This document shows positions 27,660-40,624 of a stretch of DNA of 64,000 nt, piece after piece. The position numbers and the translations under genes were made by a program. Each line of letters begins with the position of its first letter. The stretch's first letter is position 1. Below the pieces are notes generated by a model. That model saw only the letters and a list, made by a program, of their open reading frames with translations, was not told the DNA's origin and ran no database searches. Origin of the DNA: Octopus vulgaris (taxonomy: Eukaryota); NCBI GenBank assembly GCA_951406725.2, contig OX597830.1, positions 32,488,001-32,552,000 of the forward strand, read 5' to 3'.

Positions 27660-27924
27660 TGTTGTAACATAATTTAAGTACAATAAATAAGACAACCAGA
27701 CAACAGTAAAAACAATGTAACAAACCAACAAATCTCTTTATGAACCAACAATCAATATTCTTTGTGAACTAACCAAGTATCACCTTTTGACTTTACTGCA
27801 ATCTAACACGAACTTCACTTGATTCTGAACTCTGAACCTCGAACTCATTCAGATTGTTGTTATTTATACTTTACTCGGACTAGTCTATCTCTCGCAAAGG
27901 GGTATCATAGCTCTCATCACAACA
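27660..27924 (-). mobile_element. Solo LTR of an LTR retrotransposon
   Basis: TGTTGT...ACAACA termini, flanks ACATC/ACACC (5-bp TSD with 1 mismatch), TATAAATA box on the minus strand. Confidence 0.7.
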
Positions 27925-28109
27925 ACACCTTTGTGCAAATATATTGAACCACAAAAAAAGTGATGATACTGTGTTGACATCAGGCATCAAGGAATCAAGG
28001 TCTCTTTTGAAGACATATGGAATAAATGAATCCTTTGCTTGAATAGTCAGTGAGAGTTCCTGAACTCTAAGTCATCCAAATATTGGACATTTAGTACCAG
28101 ATGTTAGTT

Positions 28110-28350
28110 GTTTAACGTCCGTTTTCCATGCTGGCATGGGTTGGATGGTCTGACTGAGGTCTGGAGAGCCAGCAGCTGCACTAGGCTCCAATCTGATCTG
28201 GCAATGTTTCTACAGCTGGATGCCCTTCCTAATGTCAACCACTCATAGAGTAAAGCAGGTGCTTTTTATGTGCCACTGGCACAGGAGCCAGTCAGGCTGG
28301 CCTGGCATCAATCACGTTTGGATAGTGCTTTTTACGTGCTATGGGTACGG
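28110..28350 (-). mobile_element. Family F RTE-type tail
   Basis: tttaacgtccgttttccatgctggcatgggttgga...ggatgcccttcctaatgtcaacc. Confidence 0.8.
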
Positions 28351-28776
28351 ATGTGCCGGTGGCCAGATATTATAAAAGATGTAAGGATGAGGTGCCAAAT
28401 AGTGCTGGTCAGCTCTACATCCCTTTCAGATTCTGGCAATGACTTTAGGATGAGGCACTGGATCAGTGTTTCTCAATCAGGTTCCACATGGCCTCTGGAG
28501 GTTCATATGGCCCCTGAGGGTACTAGTTCCTGAGTACCCATATAAGGCTTTTGGGGATCTGTGCAACAAAATATTAATTTGGGGATCCAGAATAATATTT
28601 TAAGAGCCCCTGAAAACCTTCTGCTTTAGATGTCTATATTGGTATGCATTGCAAGAAACAGGTGAGTTTCTTTCTTTAACATTTTACATTAGTTCAACCT
28701 ACACAGGTTAATGTGCCAAAAGCGAAAAATAGGAATCATCATCATCATCTTCATCATCACCACCACCACCACCACC

Positions 28777-28810
<34 letters not shown>

Positions 28811-29796
28811 TCTAATGTCTGTCATCCTTGCTGGCATCGGTTGCACAGTTTGACAGGAGCCGGTAAACCAGAGGACTGCACCAAACTTCACTGTCTTGCT
28901 TTGGCAAGGACTTTTATGGCTGGACGTCCTTTCTAATGCAAACGATTTTACAATAAAAAAATATTCCAGCCGTGACCATCCCCACTTACTTATATTGAAC
29001 TATATTCCTCAATTTGTCTTTCTCATACTCAAGACAGTATGGAGGCCAGGAGTGGGGATGGGGCTCAGCATATAATTTGAGGGTATTTGGCTGCTATTTC
29101 TAGCAGATCAAGCTGTTACAAAGAGAGTCTCTCCTTGGCTCCTTAAAGGTAATGGTAGATGACACTGGTGGTATGAACAGACGGTGGTGATGGTGAGAGT
29201 GGTGGTAGCAGTGGTGGTGATGGTTGTTGTTGTAGGAGTTTGGCAATGGTGTGGATGGTAGTGATGACGGAACAGAATGGGTAATGGCAAGAAGTTGTGG
29301 TGGTAGTTATGGTGGTGGTGGCAGTGGCGGCGGCGATAACAGTAGTGGTATTGGATGGTCATGGGTGGAGCGGGGCAAAGGATTGACAGAGAATGCGAGT
29401 GCATGATGGTGGTTGAGGATAGTAGATGGCTCTGCAGGCAGTGGACAGTGGCAGATGGGTTGGGATTTGGATGGCGTATGTCACATGAGTCACCGCAACA
29501 CGCATCTTAATTGTATTACAAAGAGACAAGGGTTAATTTCAAATGGATGGTAACGATCTTTGTGGATGATCTCTGATTGGTCAACTTAGATTAGTTTTTT
29601 TTGTCTTATTTTTTATATTAGTTTTTTTTTTGTAATTTTTGTTGCTATTTACCATGTTGTAGCTGTTCTTGTAATTGCTGTTCTTCCTCTTCATTGTAAT
29701 ATCAGTGTTTGGTTTATTTAACCAGAGTTTCAGATTGTCTAAATATAAATACCATGAGCCTTGATGCCAATGTAAATGTAACCATTACTGTGGCAG

Positions 29797-30284
29797 CATC
29801 ATAAACACCATGTATACTGGAAGATAACTAAGGGCATACAACACAACAACAGGGTCTTGAACTATAAGTGATAGGTCAGCATGCTAGAAATAGCAGTGAA
29901 ATGTTCACTGAAACTCATACCTATACTAGAGTGGTATAGTATAGGGGTGGATGTGTGGTAAGTAGCTTGCTTATCAACCACATGATTCCGGGTTCAGTCC
30001 CACTGTGTAGAACCTTCGATAAGTGTCTTCCACTATAGCCTCAGGCCAACCAAAGCCTTGTGAGTGGATTTGGTAGATGGAACTGAACCTGGAACCATGT
30101 GGTTGGTAAGCAAGCTACTTACCACACAGCCACCCCTATACTATACCACTCTAGTATAGGTATGAATTTCAGTGAATATTTCACTGCTATTTCTAGCATG
30201 CTGACCCTATCACTTATAGTTCAAGACCCTGTTGTTGTGTTGTATGCCCTTAGTTATCTTCCAGTATACATGGTATTTATGATG
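29797..30284. repeat. Fold-back inverted duplication, ~200-bp arms
   Basis: 29797-29998 is the reverse complement of 30082-30284; the loop is SINE A body. Confidence 0.9.
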
Positions 30285-30765
30285 TTCCGAGTTCAAATTC
30301 TGCCGAGGTCGACTTTGCCGTTCATCCTTTTAGGGTCGATAAATTAAGTACCAGTTACGCACTGCAGTCGATGCAATCGACTTAATCCCTTTGTCTGTCC
30401 TTGTTTGTCTCCTCTGTGTTTAGCCCCTTATGGGTAGTAAAGAAATGTATATATATATATATATGTGTGTGTGTGTATATATTTATATATATATACATAC
30501 ATATATATATATATATATACATATATATGTATGTATGTATGTATATGTTTGTGTGTCTGTGTTTGTCCCCCCAATATCGTTTGACAACTGATGCTGGTGT
30601 GTTCACGTCCCCATCAGTTAGCAGTTCAGCAAGCGACATTGACAGAATAAGTGCTAGGCTTACAAAGAATAAGTCCTGGGGGTCGATTTGCTTGACTAAA
30701 GGTGGTGCTCCAGCATGGCCGCAGTGAAATGACTGAAGCAAATGAAAAAAAAAGAATAAAAGAAT
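30285..30765 (+). mobile_element. 5'-truncated SINE B (30285-30446) followed by a SINE A tail (~30550-30765)
   Basis: Homology to family copies elsewhere in the window. Confidence 0.85.
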
Positions 30766-31358
30766 ACTGTCCTTAAAAATGTGAATGCAATTTTCGGCAC
30801 AAGGCCAGTGATTTCAAGGGAGTGGGGAAGTTAATTTCATTGACCCCAGTACACAAAGGATGAAAAGCAAAGCTGACCTTGGTGGAATTTGAACTCAGAA
30901 TATAAACAGACAAAATACTCCAGAGTATTTTGCCTGGCATGATAACAGTTCTACCAGCTAACTCTCCTAATGATAATAGCAGTACGAAGCAGTAGCTCTC
31001 ATGACTTCTGATCTTAACTGATTGGAAGCGTTACCATGTACATTGTTTTGTCTTGGTATAAAAGATGGGTTGCAGCAAATATTCTGCTCAATACCACAGA
31101 TTAGCTTGTCAGTTGTTTGAGCTTAACCAGTTGAGCATGTCCCTTGGGTGGGTGATGGTATGTGCATCTCTGATCACAAGCAGAAGTTGTGAGGGAGCAT
31201 CATAGCCATATGTTAAGAGGAATTCTTTGGGATTTGAATAATTCCCTCCTTAAACAAACCTTATTCAGGAATCTTTTGAGCATTTTGTCCAGTGTGCTAA
31301 TGATTGCACCAGCTTGCCACATTAACAACAATAACAGTAATAAGGATATATATATATA

Positions 31359-31542
31359 TTACAGTTCTATATTTAAGAGATAAGGAATTATGTAAATTAT
31401 TTACATTATTTACATTTGACGGATATTTGTCCTCATCTTGTTTGTTGCTAACACAATGTTTCAGCTGATATACCCTCCAGCCTTCATCAGGTGTCTTGGG
31501 GAAATTTCAAACCTGGGTTCTCATTCTTAAGGTATTTTTTGA

Positions 31543-31599
<57 letters not shown>

Positions 31600-32110
31600 C
31601 ATTATTGTTACTCTTTAACTCTTTTACTTGTTTCATTCATTTGATTGTGGCCATGCTGGAGCACCACCTTTAGTTGAGCAAATCGACCCCAGGACTTATT
31701 CTTTGTAAGCCTAGTACTTATTCCATTGGTCTTTTTTGCCAAACTGCTAAGTTACGGACATGTAAACACACCAGCATCGGTTGTCAAGCGATGTTGGGGG
31801 CACAAAAACAGACACACAAATACACACACACACATATATACATATACATATGTATGACTGACATCTTTCAGTTTCCATCTACCAAATCCACTCAGAAGGC
31901 TTTGGTCGGCCCGAGGCTATAGTAGAAGACACTTTCCCAAGATGCTACGCAGTGGGACTGAACCCAGAACCATGTGGTTGGTAAGCAAGCTACTTACCAC
32001 ACAGCCACTCCTGTGCCTTATTATTATTTTCATTATTATTATTATTATTACTCAGGTCACTTTCTGGAATTAAACTCGGAATCTTGGTGTTAGTAGCCTG
32101 CGCTCTCAAC
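31359..32110 (-). mobile_element. Chimeric tRNA head/(AAT)n/hammerhead retroposon (copy 2), split by SINE A (31610-32018)
   Basis: Tail near-identical to 12513-12665; head remnant caggtcactttctggaattaaactcggaatcttggtgttagtagcctgcgctctcaacc at ~32053-32110. Confidence 0.78.
31450..31495 (-). ncRNA. Type-I hammerhead ribozyme motif
   Basis: gacac-CTGATGA-a-ggctg gagggtatat cagct-GAAA-ca-TT-gtgtt. Confidence 0.75.
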
Positions 32111-33120
32111 CTTGGGGTGAGGAAAGGAGTGGGCAGGCCAGATTTATGGATTAGTTAAGTGAATGTTTATGTTGGGTGTGAGGCTAAACCGATAAACTAC
32201 TAACCACTAGGTATTAGGTTCCAGCATTACCGCAAAAATTGGTGTGCACTTATTTCAGTATGTGATTATAAAGCAAGTTTTCTCTGCATTCTTCATAGTT
32301 AAGCACTATGGAACAGGAAGAAGGTCAAAGATCCACCCATCTGTGAAATCTAAGAATGCAACCAAAACAAATACAACAACAAAAAAACACAAAACAAAAT
32401 AAAACAAAGAACAAAGTGATATCACACATGGCAGCAAAGGAAAAATAATATCTTAATTATAAATTCCACGAAAAATGAGACAGAATTTTAATTAAGAAAA
32501 ATTATTCTCGCAAATATTAATTACTAATCTTAATTAGTAAATCTTCATCATTATTAATCTAAATAAATATTTTAAAAATTTTGCTAATCTTACTTTCATA
32601 TTTTGTTATCTTCTCTTGTTTTCACATCACGAAATTCATGAAAATTAAATTAAAAATCTTAAGTAAACAGAAATATTAATTTTAAAAATTCTTAATTAAA
32701 AAATTTAATTACTAATTTTAATTATTAATCTCAATCACTAATCTAAATAAACAAGGGAAAACTCAAAATAAAAACAGCAAAAAAAATAAATAAAAACAAA
32801 CAAAGATGTGTGGCATTCATTTCAGTTCTCCAATATTCTCTCTCGTACATTATTCCATAAAATAAATATTGTTAATAGCAGCAATATTTCGGTAAAATTT
32901 CACATAACTGTTATTATATACATACATACATACATGCATATATACATACATGTATGCATACATATATACATGCCTAACTAATGATATCATTCTTATGTCT
33001 GCTTTTCTATGCTTGCATGGGTTAGATGGAAACTGTTGAGGCAGGATTTTTATGGCTGGATGCTCATGCTGTTGCCAAACCTCACTTGTATCAAAGCCAG
33101 GTAATATTTCTCTAAGACCA

Positions 33121-33334
33121 AGGTGGTGAGCTGGCAGAAACGTTAGCATGCTGGGTGAAATGCTTAGCGAATATTTTGTCTGTCATAATGTTCTGAGATC
33201 AAATTCTGCTAAGGTTGACTTTGCCTTTCATCCTTTTTGGGTCGATAAATTAAGTACAAGTTGCATACTGGGATCGATCTAATTGACTGGCACCCTCCCC
33301 ACGAAATTTCAGGCCTTGTGCCTAGAGTAGAAAA
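33121..33334 (+). mobile_element. SINE family B
   Basis: Homology to family B. Confidence 0.85.
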
Positions 33335-33949
33335 GAAAAGAATATTTCTCTATGACCAGACATGTTTGCACAGAAGACTGGAAATGTATAATGCTGCTTA
33401 TATAACGGTGACCCATATTTACAAAATTCATGTGACGTCCTGCCAAGGAGGCACTAAAGTGTATGAACCCTACCCCCGCCCACATATATATACACACATA
33501 TAGAAAGTGTTTCTGTCACTCATTGGACTGCAGCCATAGTGGGGTACCACCTTGAAGAGTTTAGGCAAAGAAATTGACCCCAATACTAATTTTGTTTATT
33601 ACTTATTCTGTCAGTTTCTATTTGCCAAACCGCTAAGTTGTCAGGATGTAAACAAACCAACATTAGCTGTCGAGTGGTGAGACGCTCATAGGTAAATACA
33701 TACATACATTCATGCATTCATACATACATACATACATACATACATGTATATCTGCTGAGTGGTTGGTGTTAGGAAGGGCGTCCAGCTGTAAAAATCCTGC
33801 CAATACAGTCCCAAAAGTCTGGTGCAGGTTTCAACCAGGCTGGCTCTTGTGGTACTGTTCCACCCATGCTAGTATAGAAGACAGATGTTAAATGGTGATG
33901 ATGATGATGTTAATATATATATATATATATATATAATATAATATATATA

Positions 33950-34302
33950 TTGAAACTCAAGATACAATGAATTTTAATCAAACTGTTTTGATTAAATATT
34001 ATATTGGTCAAAACAGTTTGATTAAAATTCTTGAGTTTTGAAAGCTTGATGCTAGTCATCAGCCATTTTGAATTCGAATGACAGAAGTTGATTGTTATTA
34101 CCGTAAGGTGGGCTGTGATTGGTTGAGGAAGGTCACTCAGTGATATGGTTTGATGCTGGCTTGATGCTACCCATATACGAACATCAAACCATGACACTGC
34201 ATGACCTTCCTCAACAATTCACAATCATCTTAAGGTAGTAAAAATCAACTTCTCTCATTAATTCAAAATAACCGATGATTAGCATCACACTTGAAATTCA
34301 AG
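33950..34302 (-). mobile_element. Old double fold-back Penelope-like fragment next to (TA)n with decayed HHR cores
   Basis: Small hairpin 33953-34038; large diverged palindrome ~34030-34302; CTGATGA on - at 34056-34062 and CCGATGA...GAAA in the mirror arm. Confidence 0.6.
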
Positions 34303-34304
34303 GG

Positions 34305-35226
34305 TACCAGCTGAGCAATCCATATGGATACATGTACCCTTAATGTAGTTCTCGGAGAGATTTCAGCATGACGCAGACTGTGACAAGGATGGCCCTTTCG
34401 AATTACAGGTACCATTCATTTTTGCCTGCTGAGTGAACTGGAGCAACATGAAATAAAATGTCTTGCTGAAGGACATAATACACCACCAGGAATTGAACTA
34501 ATGACCTTACGATCATGAGCTAAATACCCTAACCACTAAGCCATGCACCTTCACCATCTAATATTCTTTTCTGCTCTAGACACAAGACCTGAAAATTTTG
34601 GGGTGGGGGCCAGTCGATTAGATCAACCCCAGTCTGCGACTGATACTTAATATATCGACCCTGAAAGGATGAAAGGCAAAGTCGATGTCAGTGGAATTTG
34701 AACTCAGAGCATAAAGACAGATGAAATACCACTAAAAATTTCACATGGTGTGCTAACATTTCTTATTTCTTTACTGCCCACAAGGGGCTATACACAGTGG
34801 GGACAAACAAGGACAAACAAATGAATTAAGTCGATTATATTGACCTCAGTGCATAACTGGTACTTATTTAATCGATCCCGAAAGGGTGAAAGGCAAAGTC
34901 AACTTCAGTGGAATTTGAACTCAGAACGTAGCAGCAGATGAAATACTGCTAAGCATTTCTCCTGGCATGCTAACATTTCTGCCAACTCGCTGCCTTAGTT
35001 GAAATATATATTCTTTTCTACTCTAGGCACAAGGCTCGAAATTTTTGGGGAGGGGCACAGTCGATTAGATCGACCCCAGTATGCAACTGGTTCTTAATTT
35101 ATCGACTCCGAAAGAATGAAAGGTAAAGTCGACCTTGGCAGAATTTGAACTCACAATGTAAAGACAGACGAAATAACACTAAGCATTTCACCCGACATGC
35201 TAACGTTTCTGCCAGCACGCTGCCTT
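34305..35226 (-). mobile_element. SINE E followed by three head-to-tail SINE B copies
   Basis: E 34305-34553; B ~34563-34765, 34765-34996, 35010-35226. Confidence 0.85.
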
Positions 35227-35679
35227 TTCACCGATACATTTTAACACACATACATGATGACAATACAAACAAATTATCTTATATCAATTGTTGCTTGAAA
35301 TATTGCTTGGAATTTTTCTTCATTTATTTCATATTTATTTTCTCATGAATGTTTGTGTAAATATGTTTCCTCTACGACATTCTGCAGAATATGATGAACT
35401 CTATTTCTTCCCAACATTATTTAATTGAATATTTTAGCAACAAACTGCTATTATTTTCTGTTAATTTAATCATGCATAATAAACTGAAAATTTTATGTAT
35501 TTTCTTAGCTCAGTTAACATGGCCATTTTATGTTACATAATAATATACTCTGTTGTTGTTGTTGTTATTTTTGTGTTGTGCCATTGTTTCAAATTTCTTC
35601 AACTGTTTGGATTTGTTTAGATAAACATGTTCTTTGTAATGGAATGAAGAAATGTCTCTTGATTATATATGCATGTCTG

Positions 35680-35711
<32 letters not shown>

Positions 35712-35866
35712 TGTATGTATGTATGTATGTATGTATGTATGTATGTATGTATGTATGCATGTATGTATGTATGCATGTATGCATGAGTGTATGTATGTAT
35801 GTATGTATGTATGCATGTATGTATGCATAAATGTATGTATGCATGCATGTATGCATACATACATGC

Positions 35867-35910
<44 letters not shown>

Positions 35911-35991
35911 GTATCTGTATGTATATATACACATATATATATATATATGTATAAAAGGAAAAGAATATATATATATATCTGTATGTATGTG

Positions 35992-36032
<41 letters not shown>

Positions 36033-36054
36033 GTTCATAAATATATATATACAC

Positions 36055-37440
36055 CACTAAGGATCAGTCCTCAAACCCCTCTTATTCGTTATAGTCCACC
36101 AGGCAATAACAGAGGAATTCAAGATGGACTGCCCCTGGGAGCTCCTCTATGCTGATGACCTTGCCCTAATAGCCAAGTCACTGCCAGAACTAGAGCCGAA
36201 GTTTAAGGTGTGGAAGTAAGGTCTAGAATCAAAGGGCCTAGAATCAAGGTCTAGAATCAAAGGTCAACCTAGCAAAAACCAAAGTCTTAGTAAGTAGGAA
36301 GGCTGTCAAACCACAGTCCCCTTCAGGTAGATGGCCCCGCTTGATCTGTAGGAAAGGTAGTGGTAGAAACTCCATACGATGTACCCTGGATAAGTTATGG
36401 ACACATAAATGGTGCAGCAATATGAAAGGAAGGTTAACCAGGAAAATGGTTTTTGTGTGTGGCAGATGCACGGGGGCAATAAACACTGAAGATGTAGAGA
36501 AAACAGATTCCATCACATGCCAGGGGAAGAAACTAGAAGTAGTCAATAGCTTCCGATACCTAGGCAACCAAGGCAGTAGTGGGGGTGTTTGCTCTGAGAG
36601 TGAAGCAGCTAGAATAAGAATAGCCTGGGCAATGTTCACGGAGATCCTACCTCTGCTGGCAACTAAGTTCCTCTCGCTCAGTTTGAAAATTAGACTGTAT
36701 GATGCATGCGTGCAAACTGCCATGCTACAAGGCAGTGTTATATGGCAGCGAGCTGGCAGAAACGTTAGCACACTGGGCGAAATGCGTAGCCGTATTTTGT
36801 CTGCTGTTACGTTCTGAGTTCAAATTCTGCCGAGGTCGACTTTGCCTTTCATCCTTTCAGGGTCGATAAATTAGGTACCAGTTACACACTGGGGTCGATG
36901 TAATTGACTTAATCCGTTTGTCTGTCCTTGTTTGTCCTCTCTGAGTTTAACCCCTTGTGGGTAGTAAAGAAATAGATATATGGGCCATGCCTGCTGAGGA
37001 CATGCATAGGCTTGAAAGAAATAAAGCTAGTATGATCTGCTGGATGTGTAATGTCAGTGTGCATATATATATATATCATATGTGGTGTGCAAGAGAGACA
37101 ACTGTGCTGGTATGGTCATGTGTTACATATGGATGAGGACAACTGCATGAGGAAGTGCCACTCCCTAACTGTGGAAGGAAAGCATGGGTTGAGGTGGTGA
37201 AGCACGACCTTCGAATGTTGGGCTTCACAAAGGAAATGATAGCAGACCAAGACCTTTGGAGATATGCTGTGAAAGAGAAGACCCAGCCACTAAAATGAGA
37301 TTGCAGCCACATATGTCAGGCCCAGTTAAAAGTACCCTGATGCATCGTGTGCAATGTGATGTGCTTTAGAAGATATGTCAAATAAAACCAGTATTGTAGC
37401 TGTGGCCAGTGCCCCCTGACTGGCTCCTTTGCTGGTGGCA
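36055..37440 (+). pseudogene. 5'-truncated RTE-clade LINE (RT domain to 3' UTR), interrupted by SINE B at 36744-36974
   Basis: H*GSVLKPLLF...ELLYADDLALIA, LEVVNSFRYLG, RIRIAWAMF, LYDACVQTAMLQGS; stops and frameshifts. Confidence 0.92.
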
Positions 37441-37471
37441 CATTGCAAAATCAGCGACTGTGTCACTAGAA

Positions 37472-37579
37472 TTTATATATATCGTGAACAGAGGTGAGCT
37501 ACTGCCATTTCTTGCAGATGACATGTCCAGGACTGAAGACTGGCAAAATTCGCCTGAAACCATACTGATATGCTGGTCC
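37472..37579 (+). mobile_element. 108-bp insert with a hammerhead core, flanked by an 11-bp direct repeat
   Basis: tgtcactagaa at 37461-37471 and 37580-37590; CTGAAGA 37533-37539, GAAAC 37556-37560, GTC 37576-37578. Confidence 0.6.
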
Positions 37580-37599
37580 TGTCACTAGAAGGTGGTATG

Positions 37600-37775
37600 G
37601 GTTCATTCCCCTACACACAATATATCAGATGCAATTGTGCATCATTAAACATCTAGAAGAGATGTCCTCTTGGGGTTCATGTATCCATGTTCAAAATTTC
37701 AGCATGATAGGATGAACAATACTTGAGTTATAAGCTCACAAACAGACAGACAGAACGGAATTTATATTATATATA
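37600..37775 (+). mobile_element. Helitron/Helentron (DINE-1-like) non-autonomous element end
   Basis: caaaatttcagcatgatagg...gagttat...acaaacagacagacaga...tttatattatata layout typical of these elements. Confidence 0.5.
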
Positions 37776-37865
37776 TATATATATATATATGATATATATA
37801 TATTATTTATATATATATACATATATATATATTATATATATTTTATATATATATATATATATATA

Positions 37866-37958
<93 letters not shown>

Positions 37959-38357
37959 TATTATATATATATATATATATGATATATATATATATCATTT
38001 ATATATATATATACACACACACACACATACAAAAAAACGACTACTGAATGTACAAAGATGAAGATAGATGATAGGGATGATGTAGGATGAGTTGTAAGGG
38101 TTTCATCTAAGGGAGATCTTGGATAAGGGTTAAAAAATGCCAGTTTACTTTGGTTCATTAATGAGAGAGGGCTCAGGAAATTATTTTCCTGATGGAAGAC
38201 AATTAGAAAGAATCGAAGTCACGTCACATGGTACATTTTGGTAGGTTTCGTAGTTGGAGTTGAAAATGAAGTGGCCTGAAGGCATTGTTAGGTGAAAATT
38301 GGTACTTCTTGCCAAAAAAGAGAAAAGCCCTGCCACACCCCGATCCTGAAAACCATT

Positions 38358-38388
<31 letters not shown>

Positions 38389-38449
38389 ACACACACATAC
38401 ACACACACACACACTCTCAGTTCCATTCGATGAACAAGAACTGTAATCA

Positions 38450-38637
38450 ACACCATCATCACAATCACTATCGCCATCATCTGCATCATCATCATCATCA
38501 ACGTCATCATCATTGTCGTCGTCATCATCAAATTCTACCACCACCATCACTACCATCAAGGTCATCATTATTATCCTCATTATTATCAGCACCGTCTTCA
38601 TCACTGCACCACAATTTCTGTCATCATCATCATCATC

Positions 38638-38734
<97 letters not shown>

Positions 38735-39200
38735 CCATCATCATCATCTATATCATCATCATCATTAAAATGTTGTCATTGTTGCTGTCTTCCTCCTCCC
38801 ACTTCTTCATCATGATCAGTCATCATAGTCGTCATCATCGCTGTTGTTGTTATTGTGCTCCTCCTTATCTTCCTCTTCTTCCTTCTCCCCTGTTGCTCCT
38901 CATCATCATCATCAGCATCGTTGTCATCATCATTGCTATAGTCATCCTCATTGTCCTCCTCCTCCCTCTCATCCTCCTCATCATCATCACCATCATCATC
39001 ATCCTCATCATCATCACCATCCTCATCGTCATCATCATCATCATCTAACCTGTTCCTCTGCCTTCACTATTTCTACATCCTTCTCTGCCTCTTTCTTTAC
39101 ATCATCCTCATCTATCATACCATTCCACATTGCCTTCGATATTATTGGCACCACCTGCACTGCCACCATCATCATCAATGCCATTTTCATTATCACCAAA
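38450..39200. repeat. (CAT)n-dominated low-complexity tract
   Basis: Direct. Confidence 0.9.
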
Positions 39201-39327
39201 ACTGTAAACCTGAAATATATACACATATATAAAACTCTATATATGCATAAATTTATATATATATATATATGTATGTATATATATATATATATATGTATGT
39301 ATGTGATGATATGTATGTATGTATGTA

Positions 39328-39366
<39 letters not shown>

Positions 39367-39417
39367 ATGAACGATGATGATGTATGTATGTATATATATA
39401 TATATATATATATATAC

Positions 39418-39485
<68 letters not shown>

Positions 39486-39894
39486 TATATACACACACAC
39501 AGTGAGAGAGAAAGAGAGGGGTGAATGAGAGAGATATCAGAAACATTGGCCCAGTCAAATGAATTAGTTACGACTAATCGTTATCTCAAGTATAACATTA
39601 ACGAAAGGGAAGCCATGTCTGTAATTAGCGTTACCTTTCAGGAAAACATACACAAAAGAGAAGACAATAAAACTAATAAAAATGAAATTAGAAGTTAGAA
39701 ATAAAGAAATTCAGAGAAAAGGAGACGAAAATAAAAATATCAAATTATTGTGGAAAAAATAAATGTAAAATATAAGTAAAAAGGAAAACACTATTAATGA
39801 TAAGGAATGTGAAGGAAGGAATAGAATACTTTTGTATGTATGTGTGTATAAATATAACTGTATATACATAAATACATATATGTATATATCGTCA

Positions 39895-40362
39895 TCGTTG
39901 TTTAATGTCCGTTTTCCATGCTAGCATGGGTTGGACAGTTCGACTGGAGTCTGGGAAGCCAGGACGCTGCACCAGTGTTTCTACAGCTAGAGGCTCTTCC
40001 TAACGCCAACCACTTTGTGAGTGTAGAGGGTGCTTTCTATGTGGCACCGGCCCAGGAGCCAGAGGAGGCTGGCAATGGCGATGATTGGTTGATGCTTTTC
40101 ACATGCTACCTGTGCAGAAGCCAGTATAGGTGGTGCTGGCATCGGCCAGGTTCGGATGGTGCTTTTTATGTGCCACCTGCACGGGCATCACAACTACAAT
40201 TTCCATTTGATTTTCATTTTGATGTTGGTGTACTTGATTCAATAGGTCTCCTCAAGCACAGCATGTCGCCCTACAATACGAGGTACTTTTGAGTGGGCTG
40301 GTTATGCGACACTGGTGTATGATACAGCTGTGAACTCACTTTATTTGCCGGGTCTTCGCAGT
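39895..40362 (-). mobile_element. Long family F RTE-type 3' UTR fragment
   Basis: Reverse-complement homology to 5450-5830. Confidence 0.8.
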
Positions 40363-40461
40363 CACATATTCTGATATATATATATATGTATATCATCATT
40401 ATTGTCATCATTGTTTAACGTCTGTCTTCCATGCTTGTATGGGTGGGACATACATGTATAG

Positions 40462-40494
<33 letters not shown>

Positions 40495-40502
40495 TGTATG
40501 TA

Positions 40503-40535
<33 letters not shown>

Positions 40536-40624
40536 CCATCCAACCTGTGCTAGCACAGAAAACAGACGTTAAACGACGATGATGATGATGATGATATATA
40601 TATATATATATAAATACATGTATA

